From assembly GCF_006345805.1 (NCBI RefSeq), contig NC_043013.1, positions 20,770,001 to 20,834,000 of the forward strand: 64,000 nucleotides of DNA. The letters run 5' to 3'. The translations under genes were made by a program, and so were the position numbers. Below, in pieces: positions 24,636-37,645 of this stretch (position 1 is the first letter of the stretch; every line of letters starts with the position of its first letter). Under the pieces are notes generated by a model. It was not told where the DNA came from. It was given only the letters and a program-made list of their open reading frames with translations, and made no database searches. Source of the stretch: Octopus sinensis. Taxonomy: Eukaryota.

Positions 24636-24995
24636 TTAAGCTGGCAGAATTGTTAGCGCGCTAGACGAAATGTTCTGAGTTCAAATTCCGCCGAGGTCGA
24701 CTTAGCCTTTCATCCTTTCGGAGGCGATAAATTAACTACCAGTTACACACTGGAGTCGATGTAATCGGCTTAATCCGTTTGTCTGTCCTTGTTTGTCCCC
24801 TCTGTGTTTAGCCCCTTGCGGGTAGTAAAGAAATAGGTATTTCGCCATCGCTACGTTCTGAGTTCAAATTCCGCCGTGGTTGACTTTGCCTTTCCTTCTT
24901 TCGGGGTCGATAAATTAAGTACCAGTTATGCACTGGGGTCGGTGTAATCGACTAGTCCCCTCCCCAAGAATTTCAAACCTTGTGTCTAAAGCAGA
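24636..24995 (+). mobile_element. Family C SINE-like repeat, internally dimeric
   Basis: agctggcagaat.gttagc (A-box-like) and two gttctgagttcaaattccgcc (B-box-like) modules. Confidence 0.85.
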
Positions 24996-25000
24996 AAGGA

Positions 25001-25079
<79 letters not shown>

Positions 25080-25127
25080 CATCATCATCATCATCATCAT
25101 TGCTGCTGTTGCTGTTATTGTTATTAT

Positions 25128-25290
25128 TAAGCTGTCAGAATTGTTGGCACATCAAACGAATATTTCGCCGTCGCTACGTTCTGAGTACAAATTCCGCCCT
25201 GGTCGACTTTACCTTTCAGCCTTCAAATCGATAAAATAAATACATAGGGTTCGATTTAATCAGCTCATCCCCGTTGTCCAAAATTCTGCC
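25128..25290 (+). mobile_element. Family C monomer
   Basis: agctgtcagaattgtt...gttctgagtacaaattccgccctggtcgacttt. Confidence 0.75.
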
Positions 25291-25420
25291 CTTTGTGACA
25301 CATTTTGAAACCATTATTATTATCGTTATTATTATTATTGTTCTTGTTATTGTTGTTGTTGTTCTTGAAATTATTATTATTATAATTATTATTATTATAT
25401 TATTATTATTATTATTATTA

Positions 25421-25457
<37 letters not shown>

Positions 25458-26029
25458 TATTATTATTATTATTATTATTATTATCATCATTCACTCTGTT
25501 ACATGTTAATTAATTAGCAGAGATGTTCTTTTGAGGTTCGGTGACAAAACGTCTTCTCAAATTCCGGAAATCTTTCTTAGGGTTTTCTTGCAAAATACTG
25601 GGTGGAACTTCTCTGTAGGTCGGCAATACATGTCTCAATTCCAATATCTTTCAACCGCTAAGATTGCATGCGCCAAGTCCACCAATTACCACAAAACACT
25701 CGTCCCTTTAGTTTTCTCCAATTTCTTCATTTTTCTGAACTATGTCCTGATACATACCTCAATTTCTTTGGAAGAATACAGCCATTCACTGACAACTAAA
25801 ATATCGAGAGTTTCTCAGTACTAGACAAGAGTATATTCGATATTATAGTGAGTTAAAACTTTTGGAAGATGGAATGGCCACGGCTCGAAATCCTTTGATA
25901 TTAAAATTACTTAAACCAAGCAAGAATAGTGACCCAGCATCAACATGAATAGTTCGACAGAGACTTTACACTTCGTGAAGAGCTGCTCATATGTTAACTA
26001 AGTACTTTAAATATTTTTTTTTATTTATG

Positions 26030-26332
26030 CGCCCATTTCAAGCCTAGCCAGGTTCATGGGCCCGGTTTCCCGGTTTTTATGGCGCATGTGTTCCCCCCAG
26101 CTGGACGGGACGCCAGTCCATCGCAGCGTTACTCAAGAAATAGGATGAAAGTGTGAGAGAAAGTTGGGGCGAAAGAGTACAACAAAGGTCGCCACCACCC
26201 CGTGCCGGAGCCTCGTGGAGCTTTTAGGTGTTTTCGCTCAATAAACACACACAACGCCCGGTCTGGGAAGCGAAACCGCGATACTCTGACCGCGAGTCCG
26301 CTGCCCTAACCACTGGGCCATTGCACATCCAC
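26030..26332 (-). mobile_element. tRNA-derived SINE (family D) with a V/Meta-domain-like core
   Basis: Reverse: A box tggcccagtgg, degenerate B box, core ctgcgatggactggcgtcccgtccag, A-rich tail. The domain assignment is from recollection of V-/Meta-SINE cores. Confidence 0.75.
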
Positions 26333-28012
26333 AAGTACTTTATATAACATTTTCTTTATTCCTATTGGTGTATGAACTTTGTTCGGATTTTTCATTGATA
26401 TTTTGTTATTATTATTTATTTATCTATGTCGTCTGTGATTGCAATAGAATTGTGATTGTCTATTAACCGTGACTCATTTTGACGATGATGACACGATAAA
26501 TGAAAAATGTATGTAGATGAGCTGTGGTAATATATATTAAACGATGAAGGCTTTCTTGCTGCTCGAAAAGACAAGCAAACGTGTAAGAGGGAAGCTTAGT
26601 TAACTGCATTCATTAGTTCCGTGAATGTTACAATTTGTGTTGTTAATGGGCTGAGAGATATCGAAGTTCAGCCTGGTAAGATTTGAAATTTGAACGCTTG
26701 AGAACGAAACTAAATAATACGATAGATTTAATCGATGATGAATGGGAAGTATCTAAAGAATAATCAATAATGGGAAGCTTCTAATCAATCGATCTGTTTG
26801 TATTTCCTCTGACACCTTGGCATTACAGTTGCTAATCATTGACTCATTACCACATATTCCAAGGTTTCGAAGAAATTCATTGATTACCAATGAATTACTG
26901 GTATTTTATAAATTAGGATACCATAATAGAAATATCGATTATGGCAAGATTTGAAATTAAATTGCAAAGGAAGATAACAAAAAAATTGAAAGGAACATGA
27001 TCCGGCAACCTGCCGTATCTCCCATTTACTTAGCCAAGGCAGATCACTCGACATGCTAGTAATAACAGCCAAACCTGCCTCAAATTCTCGATGCTGCGTG
27101 AGAAATGAACGTATTGTATATCGTTCGTTTGGATTTCTTGCGGATAAAATAACGTAAACCATTGGATTATCGATCAAAGCTGGCCACAACGATGGACGCA
27201 TCTTTATACAGTTATTGATTTCGCTATAAACAGCAACCGATTTTCACAATGCAACACCCTCGTCTTACAAAGGAAAGGCATTGGGGAATGTTGTCGTAAA
27301 TATTTAAAATAGACGGGGTGTTCATGGCTAGAGTACTTTTTTACCGTACATCTGTCCTATCAGTTCTGAACTGGAACTAAACAACAATAACAACACCAAC
27401 AAGAATATAGCTGCCACTCATTAATACAGTAAATCACCATAGATCTGATTAGTAAGCGAGGCACAATAATACGCGAAACAAAGAAATAATATTTAACTTT
27501 AAGCTTCATTTCACTCGAATAACTGCACAAATGACTTATATTGAAGAACTACACATTTCACGTAATTCTACGGAGTGATATATGAGATCTTACCAAATTC
27601 GTTTGTTCAACAAGCAATTCTTCAGAGATTCTCAAAGAAAGAACATTCGCTGACAGCTGAAGAAGGCAATGTAGCTGTTGGCCTACCTGACCGCTCGCTT
27701 ATAATTAATTCCTGTATAATTGAATGCAAGGCAGAGCGAAAAATATACGGTGAAACATAGTGTAAACTGGATCAGCTAACCTATAGGAATAATCATTAAT
27801 GTCTGTAACTCGATAATTCCAGAAGAAATGTGGGAAGCGTCTTCATTAACGTATCAATCCAATCGGATTAACGCACCAACTCATCGACTCTCTAACTGCA
27901 TTCCTTTTCGTATTATAGATTCTCTGTTTCTGATTACATTCCAATTTCTCAAAGAAACTGCGTTCAGCTTATCGATTACAACGTTTATTATTGAATTGTT
28001 AAGTAGTGTGTT

Positions 28013-28070
<58 letters not shown>

Positions 28071-28104
28071 TGTGTTCTTATATTTCGGGATGGTAATAGT
28101 TTGC

Positions 28105-28265
28105 GGGCGCAGACGTCGATGTTTGGTAAGCTTGCTTCCAAACCCCGTGGTCTCGGGTTCAGTCCCACTGCGTGGCACCTTAGCGACTGTTTTCTACTAT
28201 AGTCTCAGTCAACAATGACTTATGACTGGTTCCGGTAGATAGAAGCTGAAAGAAGATCGTCGTGT
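28105..28265 (+). mobile_element. Family A SINE head
   Basis: tggtaagcttgcttccaaacc..gggttcagtcccactgcgtggcacctt. Confidence 0.8.
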
Positions 28266-28314
28266 TTGCATGTGTGTATACATATATATATAATATATAT
28301 ATATAATATATATA

Positions 28315-28371
<57 letters not shown>

Positions 28372-29899
28372 ACATATGTGCGCGCGCGTGTGTGTGTGCG
28401 AGTCTGCTGAAATAAATAAATACCCTTTTCTTGTTGATGTTGTATTCCCTCCACCTCCGACAAAAATAGTTAGAACAGAGTGTAAGAGTTAGTTGGTGGG
28501 GATAAGCTAAACGGGAGTCTTTGCTAGGCCTTTTTCCGAGATCAATTTTTACATTGGTTCAAGGCGAACTGGGATTGAACCGCGACACACATAATTGCAA
28601 ACGAAACAACAGTTACATCGCACTCAAATCAAAACCTCCCAGTTCACCAGAGAAAAGTGTATTGTACATATCAGAGTCTTGGATACATTTTGTCTCGAAA
28701 GAAAATCCTGGAATTATCATGGCTGGTGCAACGTTGTTCTTCATGACCAGCGATGGTCTGTGGCTAATAATGTTGCATAGTATATACTTTATTAGTTTGA
28801 CTTTGTTCTGTTTAAAAGGAAGCCACCTCAAGACAGAGGTTAAGCAATTTTTTGATAATAGTGTTAATGAAATTCTATTCTGTGGTTGGTTCTTGGTCGT
28901 TCTTAACAATGATATTGTTAAGATTGAATTCAAAGAAATTAAGTTTTCGTTGTCATCCAAGGTTGTTGACTTCTGGTTATCTCAATAGATTCTACTAGAA
29001 ATTGAATTTAAATTCTATCTCCTGGAGTTCGAATGTACTGAAGGAAGAACAGTCCCAGCTGTTCACTGGACTCAATAGTCAGTAAGTTAGCTGTATTTAA
29101 TTCTAGCTATTTCACTCTTGTTTTCCCTACGCTACAAATATTTAAACGTTTGCAAAGATATCAAATTAGCAAAGCTTCGTACAATGAACAACATTAGAAA
29201 ATCTAATATCCTTCCAGATCAATTTTAGGGGAATGTTAATTGCAGGTTAAACTTTCCTGTTATAACAGCTTAGCTGGAAATACTTGTTAAGATTATTAAT
29301 TTGAACTCTTATTAATTGATAAGACAACGTTCCTTGGGATATTATTTCATGGCCATTTAAACCATAGAAACATGAAGACTAGTAGAGTAGCTTCTATATA
29401 TCATTATTAATACTTCGCTTAATTTACGTTCCTTCACTGCTATTCATTATTAAGGCAACAACCATATGACATTCAGAATGTGTTAACACTTTAATGAAAT
29501 TACCTTGTAATAAAATAGGAATTCCTTAGAGTTTTGTTATTTCTCACTCTGATGCGCCAAAAAAATTCTCACCCTCGGAAACATGTTCAATTCATTAAGA
29601 AGTCGATATTGTGATCAACTTTTGATTCAATGTTCATCCAAATTTTTCTTAATCATATGTTTTAGCTTCTACGTGTCTGGTATGTATTTTAAAACATGTT
29701 AAAAAGCGCTTTAAAATATATCAAATATTTCAAAAGTAAAAAAGTTCTTGCATTTGTGAGTCTTTCGTGATTATGGACATTGGGGCATTACCATCTCAAG
29801 TGCTAGAACTCGTAAGGAACACTATCTGGTTTCCATGCCGTATAAGTGACTGGTGTCCCAACATACTCACTAACAGAGGTCCTAGCCCGTTACTAATTT

Positions 29900-30035
29900 T
29901 TATGAGCTGAGCGGGCTGGAGCAACGTGAAATGAAGAGTTTTGCTCAAAAACACAACGAACTGCCCTGTCTGAAAATCAAAACCAAGATGATGCGATCCT
30001 GAGTGTAATACCCCAACCATTATTCCACGCACCTT
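29900..30035 (-). mobile_element. Family B SINE head
   Basis: agctgagcgggctggagcaacgtgaaatgaagagttttgctcaa, as in 16995-17045. Confidence 0.7.
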
Positions 30036-30224
30036 CACTCGTTCAAGATTACACTATGGCTCACTTTGGGTTTGCCATCTATAGACTGAGAACAACTGAT
30101 TTACATTATATTGCCGCTTTCACTGGTTAAAAGAAACGATGTTATTCGAAATGTAACAATATGCTGGTTTGATGGAATCCTTAAAGTGAGCATCGGTTAG
30201 TGTGTCTTCCGGTATTTATTCAAA

Positions 30225-30665
30225 CTCTCTTTACTCTTTTACTCTTTTACTCTTTTACTTGTTTCAGTCACTTGACTGCGGCCATGCTGGAGCACCGCCT
30301 TTAATCGAGCAACTCTACCCCGGGACTTATTCTTTTGTAAGCCCAGTACTTATTCTATCGGTCTCTTTTGTCGAACCGCTAAGTGACGGGGATGTAAACA
30401 CACCAGCATCGGTTGTCAAGCAATTCTAGGGGGACAAACACAAACACACAAACATATATACACACACACACACACTTATACATATATATATATATACATA
30501 TATACGATAGGCTTCTTTCAGTTTCCGTCTACCAAATCCACTCACAAGGCATTGGTCGGCCCGGGGCTATAGCAGAAGACACTTGCCCAAGATGCCACGC
30601 AGTGGGACTGAACCCGGAACCATGTGGTTGGTTAGCAAGCTACTTACCACACAGCCACTCCTGCG
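30225..30665 (-). mobile_element. Full-length family A CORE-type SINE (well preserved)
   Basis: Complete head, CORE-like segment, central (CA/TA) microsatellite, (tactcttt)n tail. Confidence 0.92.
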
Positions 30666-31461
30666 TCTCTGTGCGATCTCAATTCAAATAACGCTGACAT
30701 CGACTTGAGCTCGTTTCCTTGGGGTTTGGTAAGTAAAGCACAACTAAAACACTGAGGAGAATACTTGTTTTCTCTTAATTTTCTGTATCAGTACTGGGCA
30801 CATCCTTCCGTGAGAACAGTTGTAGAGGACCACAAACTTCGTTTCTCCGGAAATTGGCGATAACACTGATATGACGTTGGAATCGTTTCAGAACGGACCG
30901 TTGTGCAGTACAACACGGAATGAAGACGGAGGGGAGGAGGAGAAGGAGGAGGAATGAAATATCAAGAGTATATCGCATCATAAAATAATTTTAATTCCTT
31001 CCTATATAATATAGTAAATATATAAAACGGACTTGTAAATATTTTGTAATTGTGAAATTGAGATAAACACACTGCCAATATGTTTTAATGTTTCAACGTG
31101 GTTGCAAATGTTTTTTTAACTATTAACAATTACTTTTTCGCTTCTTCCTCGTAATGACACATAACTTTAGAAAATATATCTATGTCTTTGAAGTTGCCAA
31201 ACAAAATAGAGAAAAAAAAACCTGCTAAAAATGTTTAAAATATGACAAAAAATTACCAAACGTTAAATGTAAACTAGATTCATTCTTTTATTTTTAATAT
31301 TTCATTATTTTTGTAGAATATTTCTATTTTGCAAAAGATGACAGCGCAAAATTAACAAAATATGAATCTATATGTTCTAATAGAAAAACAGACACGTCAC
31401 TAGTTGATTACAGCCATTTGTTTTATAGCGACAGATACAAACAGGCATACACGCACACACA

Positions 31462-31509
<48 letters not shown>

Positions 31510-31524
31510 ACACGCACGCACGCA

Positions 31525-31942
31525 CTCACTCATACTCACACATGCACACAGACAGGTATCCAAACATTCACATGCATACACGCACAAGCACTTTCACAAA
31601 TTGTCAACCGAGACACATATGAACCATACTTTCCCAGAGAGAGAGAGAGAGTGAGAGAGTGTGTGTGTGTGTGTCTGTGTGTGTGTATGTGCTTGTGTAT
31701 GTGTTTGCATATATGTATATTTGTAAATAACAATCCATCAAAGAAAATATAGATATATGAATAATATATATACACACACACAAACGCACGCACACACACT
31801 CACACACACACATGCAAACACTCACTCACTCATACTCACACACGCACACAGACAGGTATCCAAACATTCACATGCATACACTCACAAGCACTTTCACAAA
31901 TTGTCAACCGAGACGCATATGAACCTTACTTTCCGAGAGTGT

Positions 31943-31992
<50 letters not shown>

Positions 31993-32075
31993 CGTGTGTG
32001 TGTGAGTTTGTATATATGTATATTGGTAAAAAAACATTCCATCAAAGAAAATATAGATACATGAATAATATATAC
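31525..32075. repeat. Local tandem duplication, period ~297 bp
   Basis: cacagacaggtatccaaacattcacatgcatac..ttcacaaattgtcaaccgagac and ccatcaaagaaaatatagata.atgaataatatata each occur twice. Confidence 0.85.
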
Positions 32076-32494
32076 AGAAACGCACACACGCGTGCACACA
32101 CAATATCACAGTATATATATATGTGTGCCTAAGCAGGTACGCACATACAATTGGACATATTGTGGTATTGATTTTTTATTAAGAGATTGCGTAAATGAAT
32201 GGATTGCAAGACTATGCTTCCTGCCACAAATTGGAAATACAGCCCTCAAGGCTGACATAATAATTGTGTGCTTTATTCTCAGGGGAGAAAAACAAACAAA
32301 CATTACTACGCTGCTGACGTAATACATTCATTATAAGTTAACATGAAACATTGCTTTTTTGCCTTGTACTCATCCATCATATCATTTGTGTAATCATCGT
32401 CTCACTACCATATCTATTTATACACCTCGATTTATATACATAAGTATGCCTGTTGTGCGTGTGCGCGTTTGTGAAAGAACGTTGCTTATATTCT

Positions 32495-32713
32495 TCTATC
32501 ATTTCATTTGTTTCGGTCATCTGATTACGGCCATGCTAGAGCACCGCCTTTAGTTGAAGAAATCGACCCCAGGACTTATTCTTTTGTTTGTCTGGTACTT
32601 ATTCTATCGGTTTCTTTTGTCGAATCGCTAAGTTACGTGGACGTAAATAAACCAACATCAATTGTCAAAGACGGTGGGGGACAAAGTTAGTCACACACAC
32701 AAACTAATATATG

Positions 32714-32766
<53 letters not shown>

Positions 32767-32780
32767 GTACAACATATATG

Positions 32781-32846
<66 letters not shown>

Positions 32847-33008
32847 TATAAACATGACTGGGTTCTTTCAGTTTCCATCTACCAAATCCATTCACAAGGC
32901 TTTCGTCGGCCCGAGATTATCGTTGAAGACACTTACCTGAGGTGCCAGGCAGTGGCCTGAACTCGGAACCATGTGGTTGAGAAGGAAGCTTCGTATCACA
33001 TAGCCACC
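32495..33008 (-). mobile_element. Full-length family A SINE
   Basis: Both halves present around an expanded (TA)n. Confidence 0.85.
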
Positions 33009-33164
33009 TATTTAACTGTCATTTCTAGCACCTTGGTAACCACTCAGTTTCGATTTTATAATTATGGCAAATTCTAATGCATGATCACCACCAAAGGTGC
33101 CTTATCCGTTTAATGTATCTATGGTAACTTGACTTCGAGAAACACATTCGACTGGCATTACTTT

Positions 33165-33905
33165 CTGAGTTCAAATTCCTCTGAGGTCGACTTTCATCTT
33201 TTCGGGGTTGACAAAATAAATACACAAATACACTCTCCTCTAGAAATACGGGCCAGGTGCTAAAGCTTTAAAATCATTATTATTATTATCAAAGTAGTAA
33301 AAGGCGGCGAGCTAGCCGGGCGAAATTCTCAGCAGTATTTCGTCTGTCGCTACGTTCTGAGTTCAAATTCCGCCTAGGTCGATTTTGCTTGTCAGCGTTT
33401 CGGGGGTCTATTAAATAAGTACCAGTTACGTACTGGGATCGATATAATCGACTTAATCCCTTTGTCTGTCCTTGTTTGTCCCTTCTGTGTTTAGCCCCTT
33501 GTGGGTAGTAAAGAAATAGGTATTTCGCCCGTCGTTATGTTCTGAGTTAAAATTCTGCTGATTTCCACTTTCCTTTTCCTTCTTTCAGGGACGATAAAAT
33601 AAGTACTAGTTACGCACTAGGGTTGATGAAGTCGACTTATTCCCTCCCCCAGAATTACTGTCCTTGTGGCAAAATTTGAAACCGTTTTTATCGAGGTATG
33701 TGAGCTGGCAGAATTGTTACAACGCGGACAAAATGCTTCGGGATATTTCGTCTGTGTATGTTTTGAGTTCGAATTCCTCCAAGATTGACTTTGTCCTGCT
33801 TACATTCGGGGGTCGCAGAAATAAATACGAGTTGAGCATTGAGGTTAATGTAATCGTCTAACCCTTACAAATCAAATATCAGTCCTTGTCTTTATAGTAG
33901 AAAGC
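33165..33905 (+). mobile_element. Cluster of family C copies (33165-33260, 33300-33690 dimer, 33700-33905)
   Basis: Four gagtt(c/a)(a/g)aatt(c) modules with family C flanks. Confidence 0.8.
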
Positions 33906-34084
33906 ATTTGTATACATTTTCATTATGTACTTCCGCTGCACTGCAGAAATCAACGTTGTGTGCTTTGAGTATGTGATGTGGCTTCCTTTAGTATATGTTT
34001 TTGCTGTATTATAAGTGTTCTAAGTAAGATGTGTGTGAACGCTTATCAGTATTGTTTTGTGTACCTGACATTTACTCGTAAATC

Positions 34085-34790
34085 TCGGTGTTTTAGTTAA
34101 GTAATTGTCAATATGATTTTGACCATACTTAAAGCACCTTTTCAAGATTATTTCTTCAGGCCACACATTCGATTTATTTCCATTTCCAGACCTTTGTATT
34201 TAGAGAGTTCCTCCATTTCTTTCATAAATACAGTGTCATCCGTTGGGATTGGTATGAAGATTAGAAGGTAGTTTTGTTTTTGTCTTGTTTCGTTTTTTTT
34301 TTTTTGGTAATCCACGATAACAATATCTGGCCAATTCGCATTTAATATCCCTACCTGAATGTGTTGGCAAACACAGAATATGGCTTCTTTGAGATTTTCT
34401 TTGACCATTCTATGGTGTATGCTTATATCACTTTTTTATCTTTTTCTTATTCCGTAATGCCGGCACAATTTCCTGTCTATATAGGTCCAAAATGTGTCAT
34501 GTCTATAGAACTATTCCTGCTTCAATAAGACTGGAGAGCCTGAAACGATTCATTGTTTCTTTCCTTTCACCACATTTTCTACTGTTGCTTCGTATAGTTT
34601 GTTTCATTGTCTATTTTTGATGGTTTCCTATTAAGGAGGCTCCCATCTTGTGCGGCAGTCAAGAACCCTTCAGTCTCTGCTTTTAGTCTCGAGCTTCTCA
34701 GCTAGCATCGGAATTTTAATTTGTGGCTTTTCTGTTCAGTTTATTCTAGTAGTAGACATGTAAGGGTTTTCCTTGCTAACGTTAGCAAAA
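34085..34790 (-). pseudogene. Decayed R4/Dong-like non-LTR retrotransposon 3' end (restriction-like endonuclease region)
   Basis: Minus-strand peptides LKAETEGFLTAAQD, YRHD..LCRHYG, WPDIVIVD...IPTDDTVFMKEMEELSKYKGLEMEINRMCGL (PD..D/ExK-type RLE C-terminus), with frameshifts. Confidence 0.8.
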
Positions 34791-34932
34791 ACTAAATAAC
34801 AAAAACATAAAAAGTAACAACATTAATATTATTAGTATTATTATCATTGAGTGAGATATCAGTGCATGTCATCAAAGTAACACTGGGGGAAAATATGCGA
34901 AGCCCAGTATAACCATCATCACAACCCGTCTG

Positions 34933-34963
<31 letters not shown>

Positions 34964-35846
34964 TGTATGTATGTATGTATGTATGTATGTATGTATGTGT
35001 CTATAAAGATGCCGACACTATTGAAGAATATGGAAGAATGCAAGTATGAAAACGAAACTGAAACAAACAAAACCATTCCTGCTGCAGATATAACAGGAAT
35101 ATTTTTGATATTTGAATCAGGTTTCTTTGTGGACTCTGAAAACAGGTGTCTGCACTGACTGTAAAACAATATTGGTATTTAGCAAGCAGCTACATAGTAA
35201 AACATTACGATGATGATGATGATGATGATGATGATTTTAACAATAACAAATTTAACAATAACAATTGGTCTAATTGCGGAGACAAAATTACAAAAAAAAT
35301 TAAGTCACAGGTAGCATAGTATGTCGATCGATGCAGCGCATTTCATAACAACTACAATAATGACGATGATGATGATCATCATCATCATCATCATTATGAA
35401 GATCATGATGATCATGAAGATGATTTTAATAGTAATGATAATAGTGATGCTGATAATGGTGATGATACAGAAGTATCCAGTGTGCTTGTTCAATGGTGTT
35501 TGATCAAATTTTAAGACATTACAACATTTGATTGATGTCCACTTAAAACAAAACGAAATTATAAAATATTTGTAAGACTAGCAAAACAATCAATGATGTA
35601 TCGATTTCTGGCAGAGAATCTGGGAATATTATATTCCGTCAGTGGTGAAGTAATAACCCTGACCGTTTTATATAAAACCTTATCGATCTGCACGAGACCT
35701 TTACCACTCTTTATAAGACAGTAGTACTCTGTATAAGAACATATAGCTTTATATACGACCATATTGCTTTATGTAAGATGATACCTTTCCATATAAGTTC
35801 CCATCTATATGTTTGAGTTTGACAATAATTCGTGTATGCTTTAAAC

Positions 35847-36065
35847 CAGTGGTTTCCAACCTGGGGTCCGCGAGCTCTTGCTGGACCATAAAAGTAATAC
35901 TGGGTGTCCGTAAACAAAATTCAAAATTTCATATGTGTGTGTTTGTATATATATAAGGATAAGCATATTAAAAGGAGTCCATGGGAAAACTCATTTAAAT
36001 AAAAGGGTAGGGAACCACTGTTAGGAACCAGTTAGAAACCACTGTGAACCTATTAGGAACCACTG
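35847..36065. mobile_element. hAT-superfamily MITE with 8-bp TSD
   Basis: CTTTAAAC|CAGTGGTTTCCAACCT ... GGAACCACTG|CTTTAAAC; perfect 8-bp target duplication. Confidence 0.88.
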
Positions 36066-36257
36066 CTTTAAACCATTATGAATGCCTTATGATAGCTCCA
36101 CTCTACATGTAAAACATTTTGCCAGTGTCTGTAAATTTTAATATAATATCTTTACTGAATTACTGAATTACCACTGCATATACCACGGTGGCTTCGTAAA
36201 CGATGGTCTTGGACATGCAAGCTCCATTTAGCGGGCCACTAATGACCCACTAAACCT

Positions 36258-36626
36258 ACTAAAGACACGGTTTCGACGAAAAAATACGTGGGCCTTACGG
36301 AGGGTAATTTCAAGGCCAGGTTCAATAATCACACCTTGAGCTTTAGGCACTGGGATAAAAGGAAAACGACCAAATTATCAAGTTATATATGGTCATTAAA
36401 AGAGAAAAGTGTCCGTTACAACATCCATTGGAATATTTTAGCCAAGTGTAAGCCCTACACCAACGGCAGTGGAAAGTGCGGTCTATGTGATATGGAAAGA
36501 TGGCTCATCTGGAAAAGCAGCTTAGACCCCGCTACATGTCTGAATTCAAGAACTGAACTTTTCGGATCATGCCCATGTGTGGCCAAATATTTGTTACGTT
36601 TTTGGTCCCACCGAGATTACAGATAG
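36258..36626 (+). pseudogene. PLE GIY-YIG endonuclease C-terminal remnant (open frame)
   Basis: TKDTVSTKKYVGLTEGNFKARFNNHTLSF...KCGLCDMERWLI...LNSRTELFGSC; no start codon context, 5' truncated. Confidence 0.85.
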
Positions 36627-37343
36627 AACTTGCTTTCTATTTTTTGTCCACGTACAAGCTTTTTTATCTCTTTATACCTTTTACTTATATTTCTTATATA
36701 TTTGTATATATTTTTTACGTATTTATAGAGATACTGGTTTATAGGTTTATTGCTTATATATTTTTTACACACAATTTTTCTGTATTCTACCTTCCAACCT
36801 GTATTTTTGCCCTCAGGCCTGTTTTTTTCTTGTGTGTGTGCGCATATAGAAGTATGTATGATCCTTTTTATGCGTCCGCGTGTGTGTGCGTATATAGACG
36901 TGTGTGTGTGCCTGCATACGGATATATACGTATCTAGACGTGGTTTACTCTTTGTATACTCCCTTGTGCCTTTTTCTGCATTGTTACCCTTAACCCTGTT
37001 TTTCGGGTGCTTGTGCGTATATAGACGTGTGTATGGACCTTTGTGGTGCGTGTGTGTGTGTGTGGGTTTGTATGTATACACATATACATTTGGCGAAGGA
37101 TGAGAATGAGAATGTGTACGTTTTTAAGTGAGGGTGGAGGAATGTATACTTTTAGGAGTACGAACGTGGGTGTGCCGGCGCACATGTGTAGGTATGAACA
37201 GGTGCGCTTACGCGAATACTAAGAACTTTTTACCCCCTTACCTTACTTAGCGGTCATTCGAATAGCTCTTTTGTCTTAATAACTGTCAATTACAGAGTAA
37301 TTTCCCTTTGTATAACGGTCATTTTTCACAGCTTTTTTCCGAT

Positions 37344-37415
37344 GGCCGAATAACTGAAGAGATAGCGGCGTGGATTTCCATCTCGGCATCCGAAACTCGG
37401 AGTTTTATCATGGTT
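37344..37415 (+). ncRNA. Type I hammerhead ribozyme motif in PLE 3' region
   Basis: ataa-CTGAAGA-[31-nt imperfect helix II]-GAAA-ctc g gag-TT-ttat; intact core, near-palindromic helix III actcggagt. Confidence 0.62.
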
Positions 37416-37510
37416 CCCGAATAATTGTCACGTATTACATTTACAGATAAATTCCTCTATTTACATAATATCGAGGTCTCTTTCATTCTTTTGTTGTCTT
37501 ACCATTTTTA

Positions 37511-37548
<38 letters not shown>

Positions 37549-37645
37549 GAGAGAGAGAGGAGAGAGAGAGAGAGAGAAAGAAAGAAAGAGAGAAATATCG
37601 ATATTTCTAATTCTGTCTAAAGGAGACTACGGCCGCAGTACTAGG

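Larger units (their letters stand above)
36181..37510 (+). mobile_element. 5'-truncated Penelope-like element (GIY-YIG C-terminus, 3' region, HHR)
   Basis: YVGLTEGNFKARFNNH...WNIL..CKPY..G..KCGLC...LNSRTEL...C; short inverted 5' segment; 3' end abuts (TA)n. Confidence 0.88.

Noticed and set aside
28521-28988. Overlapping 155-aa (+) and 115-aa (-) ORFs
   Set aside because: No recognisable motifs; the good minus-strand acceptor near 29045 leads to stops in all frames. Possibly an old TE, but unsupported.
30790-30930. Exon-like YWAHPSVRTVVEDHKLRFSGNWR
   Set aside because: It terminates quickly and loosely resembles the RTE-type 'RLRFAGH..R' motif, so it is more likely LINE debris; too weak to annotate.
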